NCBI GenBank assembly: GCA_958295745.1
Contig: OY282370.1
Span: forward strand, 1,031,990 to 1,095,989
Direction of reading: 5' to 3'
DNA from: an uncultured Acidimicrobiia bacterium
GTDB taxonomy: Bacteria; Actinomycetota; Acidimicrobiia; Spongiisociales; Spongiisociaceae
Length of the DNA: 64,000 nucleotides
In this document: piece by piece, positions 40,901 through 55,900 of the stretch
Numbering within the stretch: the first letter of the stretch is position 1
Layout of the letters: each line of letters begins with the position of its first letter
Notes under the pieces: generated by a model
Told to the model about the DNA's origin: nothing
The model's database searches: none
The model's input: the letters and a program-made list of their open reading frames with translations, nothing else
Position numbers and translations under genes: made by a program

Positions 40901-43900
40901 GCCGTACCCGCCCCCACCGTGACGCTCACCGTCGTCTCCGTCTCTACCGTCCCCCCGCCGGCCGCCGCCGCCGTCACCGACACCGACTGGTCCGACACAC
41001 CCTCACCCAACGAAGTCGGAGACACCGACAAACCGATGGTGCCGGTGCCGGTGATCGTCAGCGACGCCCCGCCGACCGTGAACCCTGAGGCAGTGCCGCT
41101 GACCGTCAGAGCGTCGACCTCTGATATCACAGTGTCAGAGTTGGTGGTCAGCGTGAACGTACCCGACCCCGACGACGCCCCCGCCGCGATCGTCACATCG
41201 AAGGTCTCCTGGCCGGACGGAATCGAATAATCCCCCGACTCCGCCGTACCCGCCCCCACCGTAACGCTCACCGTGATCTCCGCCTCGGCAGCGCCGCCGG
41301 CCACCGTCGCCGTCACCGTCACCGTCCGGTTCGACACACCCTCACCCAGCGAAGCCTGATCCCCGACCGTGCCGCTGTCGGTGTCCACCGACAAAGCGAT
41401 GTTTACGGTTTCACCGATCTGAAGCGACGCCCCGTTGACCGTGAACCCCGAAGCCGTACCCGTGATGGACAAGGCATCCGCCTCACCCGCCAGGCTGTCT
41501 ACGTTGGTGGTCAAAGAGAACGTTCCCGACTTGCCGCCCGTGCCCGCCGCGATCGTCACATCGAACGACTCGTCGCCTGCCGGAATCGAGTAATCGTCGG
41601 CCTCTGCCGTACCCGCTCCCACCGACACCGACACCGTGGTGGCCGCCTCCACCGTCAACGAACCCGACACCGTCGCCGTAACCCCCACCGACCGGCCCAA
41701 CACACCCTCACCGATCGAAGTCTGATCACCCGGCGTTCCGCTGTCGGCGTCCACCGACAGATCGATCACCGCCGCGTCGTCATCGGAGATCGTCAACGAC
41801 GCCCCGTTCACCGTCAACGAACCCGACACACCGCCGATCGCCAACACATCCGACTCGTTCACCACATCGTCATCCTCCGTAGACAACGTGAACGTGTTCG
41901 AACCCGACGACGACCCCGCCGCGATAACCACATCAAAGGTTTCCTCACCGGCTGTGATCGAATAATCATCGGCCTCCGCCGTACCCGCCCCCACCGTGAC
42001 GGCCACGGTCGTCTCCGTCTCCGCAGTGCCCCCGCCGGCCACCGTCGCCGTCACCGTCACCGACCGACCCGACACACCCTCACCGATCGTGGTCTGGACG
42101 CCGGAAGCACTGTCCGCGTCCACCGACAAACCGACCGTTCCGGTGTCGATGATCGCCAACGACGCCCCGTTCACCGTGAACCCCGAAACCGAACCGCTGA
42201 TGGCCAGAGCATCGACCTCGGATATCACGCTGTCAGACTTGGTGGTGAGCGTGAACGTGTCCGACCCCGACGACGACCCAGCCGCGATCGTCACATCGAA
42301 GGTCTCCTCACCGGCCGTGATCGAGTAGTCCGAAGCCTCCGCCGTACCCGCACCCACCGACACCGCCACCGTGGTATCGGTCTCCATAGTCGTCGAACCC
42401 GCCAACGTCGCAGTAACCGTCACCGACCGATTCGACACACCCTCACCCAACGAAGCCGGAGACACCGACAAACCGATCGCCGGAGCGCTGTCCCCATCGT
42501 TAATCGTCAACGACGCCCCGTTCACCGTCAACGAACCCGACACACCGCTGATCGCCAACACATCCGACTCACCCGCCACACTGTCATCCACCGTAGACAA
42601 AGTGAACGAACCCGACCCAGCACTCGCCGCAATCGTCACATCGAACGAATCCTGACCGGACGGAATCGAATAATCCGAAGCCTCCGCAGTGCCCGCACCC
42701 ACCGTAACGGCCACCGTGATGGAGTCCTCCACCGTCAACGAACCCGCCAACGTCGCCGTAACCGACACCGCCCGGTTCGCCTCGCCCTCATCAACCGAAG
42801 TCGGAGACACCGACAGATCGATCACCGCCGTGTCGTCATCGGAGATCGTCAACGACGTCTTGTTCACCGTCAACGAACCCGACACACCGGTGATCTCCAA
42901 CGCGTCCGCCTCGTTCACCACACTGTCATCCGCCGTGTTCAGAGTGAACGTCGCCGACCCCGACGAAGCCCCCGCCGCAATCGTCACATCGAACGTTTCC
43001 TCACCGGCTGTGATCGAATAATCCGACGACTCCGCCGTGCCCGCACCCACCGTGACGGCCACCGTGGTCTCCGTCTCCGCAGTGCCCCCGCCGGCCACCG
43101 TCGCCGTCACCGTCACCGACCGGTTCGACACACCCTCACCGATCGTGGTCTGGACGCCGGAAGCACTGGAAGCGTCCACCGACAAACCGATGGTCCCCGA
43201 ATCGGTGATCGCCAACGACGCCGGGTTGACCGTGAACCCGGTGGCTGTACCACTGACGGCCAGAGCATCGACCTCGGATATCACGCTGTCAGAATTGGTG
43301 GTCAGCGTGAAGGTGTCCGACCCCGACGACGACCTATCACCCGCCGCGATCGTCACATCGAACGACTCCTGGCCCGACGGAATCGAATAATCCCCCGACT
43401 CCGCCGTACCCGCACCCACCGTAACGGCCACCGTGGTATCGGTCTCCATAGTCGTCGAACCCGCCAACGTCGCCGTCACCGACACCGACCGATTCGACAC
43501 ACCCTCACCCAACGAAGTCGGAGACACCGACAAGCCGATCGCCGGAGCGCTGTCCCCATCGGTGATCGTCAACGACGTCTTGGTCACCGACACCCCCGCC
43601 GTAGTAGTGGAACCCGTGATCTCCAACGCGTCCGCCTCGCCCGCCACGCTGTCATCCACCGTGTTCAAAGTGAACGTCCCCGATTTGGAGCCCGTACCCG
43701 CCGCGATAACCACATTGAACGACTCCTGGCCGGACGGAATCGAATAATCCGAAGCCTCCGCAGTGCCCGCACCCACACTGACCGACACCGTGGTTTCCGC
43801 CTCCACCGTCCCCCCGCCCGACACCGCCGCCGTCACCGACACCGACCGATTCGCCACACCCTCACCCAACGAAGTCGGAGACACCGACAAACCGATAGTC

Positions 43901-46900
43901 CCGGTATCGGTGATCGTCAACGACGCCCCGCCTACCGTGAACCCCGCCGCCGAACCTGAAACCGCCAAGGCGTCGACCTCGGAAATCACACTGTCAGAGT
44001 TGGTGGTCAGCGTGAACGTACCCGACCCCGACGACGCCCCCGCCGCGATCGTCACATCGAAGGTCTCCTCACCGTCCGGGATCGAGTAATCCCCCGACTC
44101 CGCCGTACCCGCCCCCACCGTGACGCTCACCGTCGTCTCCGTCTCCATCGCCACGCCCCCGGCCGTGGCCGCCGTCACCGTCACCGTCCGGTTCGACACA
44201 CCCTCACCCAGCGAAGCCTGATCCCCGACCGTGCCGCTGTCGGCGTCCACCGACAAACCGATATTTACGGTTTCACCGATCTGAAGCGACGCCCCGTTGA
44301 CCGTGAACCCCGAAGCCGTACCCGTGATGGACAGGGCATCCGCCTCACCCGCCTGGCTGTCCGAGTTGGTGGTCAAAGCGAACGTCCCCGACTTGACGCC
44401 CGTGCCCGCCGCGATCTCCACCGTAAAGGCCTCCTGGCCCGACGGAATCGAATAATCCCCCGACTCCGCCGTACCCGCCCCCACCGACACCGACACCGTG
44501 GTGGCCGCCTCCACCGTCAACGAACCCGCCACCGTCGCCTTCACCGTCACCGACCGGCCCGACACCCCCTCCTCGATCGAGGTCTGATCCCCCGTCTCGC
44601 CGCTGTCGGCGTCCACCGACAGATCGATCACCGCCGCGTCGTCATCGGAGATCGTCAGAGACGCCGAGCCGACCGACACCCCCGCCGTAGTAGTGGAACC
44701 CGTGATCGTCAGAGCGTCCGCCTCGCCCACCACATCGTCATCCACCGTATTCAGCGTGAACGTCCCCGATTTGGAACCCGTACCCGCCGCGATCACCACA
44801 TTGAACGTTTCCTCACCGGCCGTGATCGAGTAGTCCGAAGCCTCCGCCGTACCCGCCCCCACCGACACCGACACCGACGTCTCCGCCTCTACCGTCCCCC
44901 CGCCGGACACCGCGGCCGTTACGGTCACGGTACGGCCAGACACATCCTCACCAACCGAAGTCTGAGCGCCGCTCGTGCCGCCGTCAGCGTCCACCGACAA
45001 ACCGATGGTCCCGGTGTCGGCGATCGCCAACGACGCCCCGTTCACCGTGAACCCAGAAACCGAACCGCTGATGGCCAGAGCATCGACCTCGGATATCACG
45101 CTGTCCGATTTGGTGGTGAGCGTGAACGTGTTCGACCCCGACGGCGACCCAGCCGAGATCGTCACATCGAAGGTCTCCTGACCGGCCGGGATCGAGTAGT
45201 CCGAAGCCTCCGCCGTACCCGCACCCACCGTAACGGCCACCGTGGTATCGGTCTCCATAGTCGTCGAACCCGCCAACGTCGCAGTAACCGACACCGACCG
45301 ATTCGCCACCCCCTCACCCAACGAAGCCGGAGACACCGACAAACCGATCGCCGGAGCGCTGTCCCCATCGGTAATCGTCAACGACGCCCCGTTCACCGTC
45401 AACGAACCCGACACACCGCCGATCGCCAACACATCCGACTCACCCGCCACACTGTCATCCACCGTAGACAAAGTGAACGAACCCGACTTGGAGCCCGTAC
45501 TCGCCGCAATCGTCACATCGAAGGACTCCTGACCGGACGGAATCGAATAGTCCGAAGCCTCCGCCGTACCCGCCCCCACCGTAACGGCCACCGTGATGGC
45601 GTCCTCCACCTTCAACGAACCCGCCACCGTCGCCGTAACCGACACCGACCGGCCCGACACACCCTCATCCAACGAAGCCGGAGACACCGACAAATCGATC
45701 ACCGCCGTGTCGTCATCGGAGATCGTCAACGACGTCTTGTTGACCGTGATCCCCGTCGTAGTAGTGGTACCCGTGATCTCCAGAGCGTCCGCCTCGTTCA
45801 CCACATCGTCATCCACCGTGTTCAGCGTGAACGTTGCCGAACCCGACGACGCCCCCGCCGCGATCGTCACATCGAAGGTGTCCTCACCGGACGGAATCGA
45901 ATAATCACCGGCCTCCGCCGTGCCCGCACCCACCGTAACGGCCACGGTCGTCTCCGTCTCCGCCGTCCCCCCGCCGGCCACGGACGCGGTAACCGTCACC
46001 GTCCGGGCCGACACACCCTCACCCAACGAAGTCTGAACCCCGGAATCACTGGAAGCGTCCACCGACAAACCGATGGTTCCGGTTTCGGTGATCGTCAACG
46101 ACGCCGGGTTGACCGTGAACCCCGCAACCGAACCGCTGACGGCCAGGGCATCGACCTCGGATATCACGCTGTCAGAGTTGGCGGTCAGCGTGAACGTATT
46201 CGACCCCGACGACCCACCCGCCGCAATCACCACATCGAAGGTCTCCTGACCGGACGGAATCGAATAATCCGACCCCTCCGCCGTACCCGCCCCCACCGAC
46301 ACCGCCACCGTCGTCTCCGCCTCCACCGTCAACCCCGCCAACGTCGCCTTCACCGTCACCGTCTGGTTCGACAGCCCCTCCGCCAACGAAGTCGGAGACA
46401 CCGACAAACCGACAGTCCCGGTGTCGGAGTCATCGATGGTCAACGACGCCGAGCTGACCGTGACCCCCGCCGCCGTGGTGGTGCCGGTAACCGACAACAC
46501 ATCCGTCTCGGCCACCACGGTGTCATCCCTCGTATTCAGAGTGAACGTATTCGACCCCGACGATCCGCCCGCCGCGATCACCACATCGAAGGTGTCCTGA
46601 CCGGACGGAATCGAATAATCCGACCCCTCCGCGGTGCCCGCCCCCACCGTAACCGCCACCGTGGTCTCGGCCTCCACCGTCACACCCGTCGCCGCGGCCG
46701 CCGTAACCGTCACCGTACGGCCCGACACCCCCTCACCCAACGAAGTCTGATCCCCCGAGGTTCCGCCGTCCGCGTCCACCGACAAACCGATGGTCCCGGT
46801 GCCGGTGATCGCCAACGACGCCCCGCTGACCGTAAACCCGGCGGCTGTACCGCTGACCGCCAGAGCATCCACCTCGGATATCACACTGTCGGTCTCGGTG

Positions 46901-49900
46901 GTCAAAGAGAAGGTTGCCGACCCCGACGACGCCCCCGCCGAGATCGTCACCATGAAGGACTCCTGGCCGGACGGAATCGAATAATCCGACCCCTCCGCCG
47001 TACCCGCCCCCACCGACACCGACACCGACGTCTCCGCCTCCATCGTGCCGCCCCCGGCCACCGCCGCCGTAACCGTCACCGTCCGGCCCGACACCCCCTC
47101 CGCCAACGAAGTCTGAGAGCCCGGCGTGTTGCCGTCGGTATCCACCGACAAATCGATGGTCACGGTTTCGCCGATCTGAAGCGACGCCGAGCTGACCGTG
47201 AGCCCCGCCGCCGTGGTGGAACCCGTGATGGACAACACATCCGACTCGCCTGCCACGCTGTCCGTGTTGGTGGTCAGAGCGAACGTATTCGACCCCGACG
47301 ACCCGCCCGCCGAGATCACCACACCGAAGGTGTCCTGACCGGACGGAATCGAATAATCCGACCCCTCCGCCGTACCCGCCCCCACCGTAACCGCCACCGT
47401 GGTCTCGGCCTCCACCGTCAACGAACCCCCCACCTTCGCCTTCACCGTCACCGACCGGCCCGACACCCCCTCATCGATCGAGGTCTGATCCCCCGGCGTA
47501 CCACTGTCGGCGTCCACCGACAAGGTGACCGTCCCGGTGTCGGAGTCATCGATGGTCAGCGAGGCCGAGCTGACCGTGATCCCCGCCGCCGTGGTGGTGC
47601 CCGTGATCGCCAGAACATCCGTCTCGGCCACCACACTGTCATCATCCGTATTCAACGTGAACGTCGCCGACCCCGACGAAGCCCCCGCCGCAATCGTCAC
47701 ATCGAAGGTGTCCTCACCGGACGGAATGGAGTAATCCGTAGCCTCCGCCGTACCCGCCCCCACCGTAACGGCCACCGTCGTCTCCGCCTCCACCGTCCCG
47801 CCCCCGGCCACCGTCGCCGTAACCGTCACCGTCCGGCCCGATATCCCCTCCGCCAACGAAGTCTGATCCCCCGAGGTTCCGCCGTCGGCGTCCACCGACA
47901 AACCGATGGTCCCGGTTTCGGTGATCGTCAACGACGCCCCGTTGACCGTGAACCCGGCGGTTGCACCGCTGACCGCCAACACATCGGCCTCGCCCACCAC
48001 CGTATCGGTCTTGGTGGTCAGAGCGAACGTCTCCGAATCCGACCCCGTACCCGCCGCGATCACCACATCGAACGACTCCTGACCGGACGGGATCGAATAA
48101 TCCGACGACTCCGCAGTGCCCGCCCCCACCGTGACGGCCACCGTGGTGGCGGCCTCGACGGTCAACGAACCCGACACCGTGGCCGTAACCGACACCGACC
48201 GGCCCGACACCCCCTCCTCGAGCGAGGTCTGATCCCCCGTCTCGCCGCTGTCGGTGTCCACCGACAGACCGACCGTCGCCGCGTCGTCATCGTTGATCGT
48301 GAGCGGCGTCGAGCCGCTGAAGGTCACCCCCGCCAGAGTGGCCGTTCCGCCCACCGACAACGCATCCGTCTCACCCGTCACGCTGTCATCCACCGTGTTC
48401 AGAGTGAAGGTCTCGGTGTTGGATGTGGACTGACCGGCGGAGATGGTGAGGTTGAAAGAGCCGCCGGTGACCGAGTAGTCGGTGGTTTCGGCGGTACCCC
48501 TCCCGACCGTGACCGGTATCGTCAGATCGCGAGCCAAGACGTTGGAACCTGACAGCGAAGCGGTCACCTCCACCGACCGGCCCGACACCCCTTCGCCGAC
48601 GCTGGTCTGCACCCCGGGGGTGGAGGTGTCGGCGTCCACGGTGAACGCCAGGGAGGGAACGGTCGTCCCGTCGGTGATGGACATCGTCGTGTTGGTGACG
48701 GTGTACCCGGTGGCGGTCCCGGACACGCTCAAAGTCTCCGATCCTTCCAGGGCTATGTTGTCGGCCGCGGTGGTCAGGTCGAACGTCGCCGAGGCCGAAA
48801 TGTCCCCGGCGGGGATGGTGATGGTGAAATCGGACACCGCGGTGTAGTCGTCCGGGGCGGAAGCCGGGTTGGTGCTCCCGTCCGCCGCCGACACCGTTAC
48901 CACCGTGGCGCCGGTCAGGACCGACGAGGCGGCGTCGAAGGAGGCGGTAACGGTCACCGTCTGGTCGGTCACCCCCTCGTCCACCGAGGTCTGCGCCCCG
49001 GTCGTTGCCCCGTCGGTGTCCAAGCTGAGGGAGATGGTTTCGTTGTCGGCGATGGTGATCATGGCCGGGTTGACCGTGAATCCGGCCAGCGTCCCGCCCA
49101 CGTCCAGAATTTCGGGATCTTCCACGATGTCATCGTCCACCAGGGTGAGGGTGAACTCGGTCGAACCCGAGGTGGCCAGGGCGGGGATGATCACGTTGAA
49201 GGAGGGGACCGCCAGATGATCGCGGGAGGTGGCGGTGTTGTCCATCAACGACACCGCCACCGCGGTGGGGGTGGGCAGCACCGCCGAGCCGACCGGGAAG
49301 GAGGCGGTGATCTTGACGGTGGTGGAGGAATCCCCTTCCATGAGCTTGGTTTCGCTGGTGGCGGTGGTGGAAGTGTCCGTGTCCACCGCCAGGTTGATGA
49401 CGGTGGGGGCGATGTCGTTGTCCTTCAGGGTAACGGATATAGAGTTGCTGACCCCTTGGATGCTGTGGCCCGTGAAGGTGATGGTCTCGTCGCCTTCGGC
49501 GATGTTGTCGTCATAGACGAAGATGCTCTGGGTCGGCGACAGCTCTTCCCCCCCCTCGTTATAACGCGTATGCCCCCTCCCGATCCGAAATACGTTGTTG
49601 GGTAAGGCCTCCCGACTGAAAACCGTTGATGGACCGTGCCTCCATTGCAAGTCGTAGTCGCGGGAAGTGTCGGTCAATATACCCTCGACCGCCGTCCCCG
49701 ATGTTCTTATCGTTATGTCGAGATACTGCTGCCCGACCGCAGTGCCCAGGGTCAGGTATATGTTGAAAGGAAGCGTGGGCGGGGCGACCCCTCCCCAGAG
49801 GGGAAGAGTGGTGTCTTCATGAACGCCTTCTTTCAGATGTTCGGCGTCGTCGAATGGACTGTCGGCGGGTCTGCGGTTGCCGTCGCCGTCGCTGAAGAAC

Positions 49901-52900
49901 AAACTGATATCGGTAGTCTCGTTGTCGGTGATGGTCATCTCGGGGGCGGCGTTGAAGGTGAACCCGGTGGAGGTTCCGGCAACCTTGAAGGTCTCCGGTC
50001 CTTCGCTTTGGGTGTCGTCGACCACGGTCAGGGTGAAATCACCGGTCTGGCTGGTCTGCCCGGCGGGGATGGTGATCGTGAAAGTATCGTTGGTCTTGTT
50101 GGTGGAGTAGTCGAATCCGGTGGTGTGCATCACCTTGCCCTTGGCCTGCCCTAAGACCAAAGTGGTTTCATCCGCCTCCCCCGATCGAGCCGGCTCGCCT
50201 ACCAACTTCACCGTAACGTCGGTGGCGGAGGCCAGGCTGGGGGAATTGGCCGGGAAAGCGACTTTGACCGACACGGTGGTGGAACCGCTGGCCTCGGTCA
50301 CGCTGGTCTGGTCGCCGGTGGTATCGCCGTCGGCATCCACCGTGAGAACGATGCTGGATGGTTTGACATCGTTGTCGGCGATGGACAGGACGGCGTTGGT
50401 GAAGGTGAACCCGGCCGCCGTCCCGGACACGTTGATCGTCTCGTTCCCCTCCCCCGCCACCGTGTCTTCCGTGGGCGTGAACGTGAAGGTCCCCATACCG
50501 CTGGTCTCCCCGGCCGCGATGGAAACCGTGAAGGAGGTCACCGCCGCATAGTCGGTTCCGGATGTTGCGGTGCCGCCCGACACCGACACCGACACCGAGG
50601 TGGCGGTCTCGAAAGTGGGCGAACCGGCCGGGAAGGCGGCCGTAACGTCCACCGTCGTCGCCCCGCCGCCCTCGCTCACGCTGGTCGGGTTGATGGTCAG
50701 GGTGATGGTGGTGGGGGTAACGTCGTTGTCGACGATATTCACCGAGGCGCTGTTGACCGTGCTGAAACCGGACGCGGTGGTGACCCCGGACACGGTCAGG
50801 CTCTCGTTGCCCTCGGCGAGGTCGTCATCGGTCAAAGTCAGGGTGAAAGTCCCGGCGCCGCTCGACTGGCCGGCCGAGATGGTCACGTCGAAGGAGGTGA
50901 CCGCGGTGAAATCGGCCGCCTCCGCTTTGCCGGTCGTGCCCTCCCCGGCAACCGACACGGTCACCACCGTATCCGAGGTCAATACCGAGGACCCGGCCAA
51001 CGTTGCCTTGACCGTCACCGTCGTCGCCGAACCCCCTTCCATGACATTGGTCTGATCCCCGACGGTTCCCGAATCGGTGTCCACGCTCAGGTCGATGGTG
51101 GTGGGGGCGGGGTCGTTGTCGTCGATGGTTGCCGTAACCCCGCTGACGGTGAACCCGGTTGCGGTTCCGCCGATGGTGAGGGTTTCCGCCGGCTCCACCG
51201 TATTGTCATCGACCGCGGTCAGCAGGAACCCGGAGGAGTCGGAGACGGAGGCCTGGCTGGAGGGGATGTTCAAAATCAAAGAGGGGTTGGCGAGGCTGGT
51301 GGCGGCAAAGGTGAAATCACCGGCCGAGGCAGTGACCCCGGTGGCCGACAGGGTGACGGCGATGACCTTCTCGTACACATTGGATCCGTCGGGGTAGGCG
51401 GCTGTAACCGTTATCGGGTGGGCGTCCGCCGCCTCGGTTACCGCCGTCTGTATTCCCGTGTCGGTGGAAGTGTCCACCCCCAGACTGATGGTGGTGGGGC
51501 CGGTGTCGTTGTCGGAGTCGATGGTGATGGTGTCGCCGGTAACCGCGAGGCCGGAGCGGTCGGTGGTTCCGGACACGGTGATGGTCTCCGAGACCAAATC
51601 CACCACGTTGTCGTCGGCAATGGTGAGGGTGAAAGTCGCCGACCCGGTTGTTGCGCCGGCCGCGAGGGACACCGTAAAGGAGTCGTTGGTCTTGTCGGTG
51701 GAGAAATCGGAGGATTCGGCCTTGCCGGCGGTCCCCTCCCCGGACACCGTCACCGTAATCGCGGTGGCCGACTCGAAGGTCTTGGAATCGGCCGGCAGGT
51801 CGGCGGTGACCGTGACCGCGGCCGCCGCGTCCCCCTCCCCGATCGTGTCCTGATCCCCCGTGGTGTCGCTGTCCAGATCCACGCTCAAAGCCACCGTGGT
51901 GGGAGCGGTGTCGTTGTCGGTTATCTCCACGGTGGCGCCGGTGATGGTTATCCCGGTGCGGTCGGCCGTTCCCGACACGGTGATGTCCTCATCCCCCTCC
52001 GCGTAGTCGTCCTCGATCGGATCCAAAGTGAAAGTGGCCGATCCGCTGCTCTGCCCGGCCGGAATGGTGATCGTTAGATCGGACACCGCCGTGAAGTCGG
52101 CCGCCTCCGCCTGTCCGGTCCCGCCGTCCCCCGACACCGACACCGTGATCACAGTGGCCGACTCGAAGGTCTTGGAATCATCCGGCAGGGACGCCGTCAC
52201 CTGCGCCGTCTTGGCCGCCGAGGCTTCCCCCAAACTGGTCTGCGCGCCGGTGGCCGAAGTATCGGCGTCCACGCTCAACGTGAACCCGGTGGGAGCGGCG
52301 TCATTGTCGTCGATGGTCACCGACCCGCTGTTGACCGTATAGCCGGAGGCAACCCCCGACACCGTGATCGTCTCCGCCCCCTCCGCATAATCGTCCTCGG
52401 CGGTGGCCAAGCCGAAGGTGGCCGAACCGCTGGACTGCCCGGCCGGGATCTCCACATCGAAGCTGTTGACCGCCGTGAAGTCGGCCGTCTCCGCCTGTCC
52501 GGTCCCACCCTCCCCCGCCACCGACACCCGCACCGTGGTCTTGGTGGGCAGCACCGCCGAACCGTTCGGGAACGAGGCGGTCACGCGGGCGGTGGAGGCC
52601 GCCGCCCCCTCGGTCACCGACGACTGATCTCCCGTGGCTGCGTCATCGGCGTCCACGCTCAGAACGATGACCGTGGGGGCTTGGTCCCCGTCGGTGATGG
52701 AAATCTCGGCGCCGTTGACGGTCACGCCTGCATAGGAGGTAGCACCGGTGACGGAGATCTTCTCCGTGCCTTCGTCGGCCACATTGTCATCGGTGCCGCT
52801 CAGGTCGAAAGTGGCCGACCCGGTGCGGGAGGTTTTGGAGACGGTAAGCGTGAAGTCGGTCACCGCGTCGAAATCGTCCGGCCCCGCCTGCCCGCTTCCC

Positions 52901-55900
52901 CCGGCCCCCGCCACCGACACCGTCAGCTCCAGATCCTCCTCCAGCGCCGCCGTGCCGGTGAGGGCGGCAGAAACCGTCACCGTGGCGTCAGTACCCTCGG
53001 CCGCGGTGTTCTGGTTGGAGGGGGTGGTGCTGTCCGTGTCCACGCTCAGGTTGACGGTGGTGGTGTCGTTGTCCTCTTCTATGACGATGAAGTCGTTGCG
53101 CACCGTGTATCCGGACGAACTACCGGACACGGTCAGCACCTCCGGCAGCACATCCACCACGGTGTCGTCTGTGACGAACAGGGTGAAGTTCCTGGACACC
53201 ATGTCATCGCCTCTGGCGATGGTCATATCGAACGACGAGACGGCAGAGAAATCGGAGGCCTCCGCCTGCCCCGATCCGCCGCCTCCGACCACTGAAACCG
53301 TAACCGTCTGGTTCGCCGACAGGCCCGGGGCGCCGTTGGGAAGGGAGGTGGTCACAAGCACCCTAGTTTGCGATGGCTCCGACACCGCTTTCTGGACCCC
53401 GGGCTGGGTGGAGCTCGTATCCACCCGCAGATAGATGGTGGAGGGATTGTCGCTGTCGTCGATGGTGACCACGGCGGGGGTGATCGCGCCCACCCCGTTG
53501 TCTACGTACCAGGGCGAAAACCCGGCAATCTGGAAGGTCTCGGCCCCTTCCCCCGAGGTGTTGTCGTCAACCGTGGACACCTTGAAATACTTCGAAGCCT
53601 GGTCCGCCCCGGCGGGAATAGTTATATTGGTCCGATTCCCCCCGTATGGTATATCTCCCCAATGGGTGAAACTGTAGTCCGCCGGTGAAGCAGCGGTTAC
53701 AGGGACGTGCGACACGGTGACCACCGTATCGGATTCTCTCTCCGCCGAACCCTCCGCCACCGAGGCGGTTACCTTCACCTTCCGGCTGGTTATCCCCTCG
53801 GGTATGTAGTCCTGGTCGCCGAAAACTTCGAGGTCGGTGTCGATAGTCATGCTGATGGCAGGCCGGGCCTCGTTGTCGATGATAGTGATCTCTGACCTAA
53901 ATACCCTGACGCCAGGGGTATCGGTTGTTCCCGTCAACCTGATCTCCTCGTCCCTCTCGTACAGGGCGTCATCGGTGATCGTCAACTTGAAGGTTCCCTC
54001 TGCGCGATAGCTGCCCGCAGGAAAGGTTATATCAAAGGAATTGTCGGTCTTGTCGGTGGAGAAGTCATCGGCCTCCGCCGTGGCCAGCCCGGCGTCGGTG
54101 ACCTGCACCGTAAAGGTGGCCTCCGACTCGAACACCTTCTGTAGCCCAGTATATGGGATAGCGAGCCTCACCCGCACCCCCTCATAGGGGCCGCCTCCTT
54201 CCCTCACTTCGTCTTCAAAGGTCTCGGTGGAGGAAGGCTCTACATCCTGAGATATAACGACCAAGGTATTGTCGTCGGCGTCGGGGATGGTGAACGAGGC
54301 CGAGGCGGGAGTGGTGAAACCGGGGGCGGTGGTGGTTCCGGACAAGATCACCGTCTCGATGCCTTCGCCGACCAAGTTGTCGTCTACCGTGGTCAAGGTG
54401 AAGGTGGCCGACCCGGAGCGGGCGCCCGCGGGAATGGTTATATCGAACGTGTCGTTGGTCTTGTCGGTGGAGAAGTCGTTCGCCTCCACAGTGCCTGCCG
54501 TGCTGACCAGCACCGACACCACGGTGGCGGTCTCCAGTGTCTTGGCGCCGGCCGGGAAGGCGGCCGTAACCTTCACCGTCTTGACCGCGCCCTCGTTCAC
54601 GCTGGACTGCACCCCTGCGGCGGCGTTGTCCGTATCCACGCTCAGGGCGATCGTGGGATGGCCGGTGTCGTTGTCGGAGTCGATGGTGATGGAGTCGGCG
54701 GTAACCGTCATGCCGGAGAAGTCGGCGGCGCCGGACAGGGTGATGGTTTCCGGGGTTATGTCGAGCACCTCGTCATCGGTGATGGTCAGGGTGAAGGTCT
54801 CCGACGACGACCGTCCGCCGGCCGGGATGGTCATGTCGAAGGTGTTGTTGGTCTTGTCGGTGGAGAAATCGGACGATTCGGCCTTGCCCGTCGTTCCCTC
54901 GCCCGACACCGTCACCGAAATGGTGACGTCCGACTCGAAGGTCTTGGAACCGGCCGGCAGCGCGGCCGTGACCGTGGCCGTGACCGCCGCGTCCCCCTCC
55001 CCGATCGTGTCCTGATCCCCCGGCGTACCGCTGTCCAGATCCACGCTCAGCGCCGCGGCCGGCGGGTCGTCGTTGTCGGTGATCTCTATCGAGGTGCTGA
55101 TCACCCTCACCCCGACCGCAGCGGAGGTACCGGAAACGGTGATGTCCTCCGCCCCTTCCACGGATACGTCCTCGGTCGGATCCAGACTGAAAGTGGCCGA
55201 ACCGCTGCTCTGCCCGGCCGGAATCGTGACCGTGAAATCGGCCACCGCCGCGAAGTCGGCCGCCTCCGCCTCCCCCGTACCGCCGGCGCCGTCCACCGAC
55301 ACCGTGACCGCCACCGCCGATTCGAAGGTCGTGCCGCCCGGCACCGAAGCCGTCACCCGGGCCGTCTTGGCGGCCGAGGCCTCCCCCACGCTCGACTGCA
55401 CCCCGCTGGCGGCGTCGTCCGCATCCACGCTCAAGACTATGGCGGGAGGGGCGTCATCGTCGTCGATGGTCACCATCGCCCCGTTGACGGTAAAACCGGA
55501 GGCAGTTCCGGAAACGGCCAGATCCTCGGCGCCCTCCACCCGCTCGTCGTCGGCGGTGGTCAGGCTGAAGGTGGCAGAACCGCTGGCGGCGTTGGCGGGG
55601 ATGGTCACGGTGAAGTCGGACACCGCGGTGAAATCGTTGGCTTCGGCGCCGCGGGTTCCCCCGGCGCCGGCCACCGAAACGGTTATAGCGGTGCTCGAAG
55701 TACGGGAAACGTTGTCCGCATAGGAGGCTGTAACCGTAACCGTCTGGTCGTCCACCCCCTCCCCGATGCTGGGCTGGTACCCGGCCAGCACGCTGTTGGT
55801 GTCCACCTTGAGGTCGATGCGGTTGGGAGACAGGTCGTTGTCGGCGAGCAGGACGGCGACGGAACGAACCGTGTAACCGTCGGCCCCCCGCCCCTCGATC

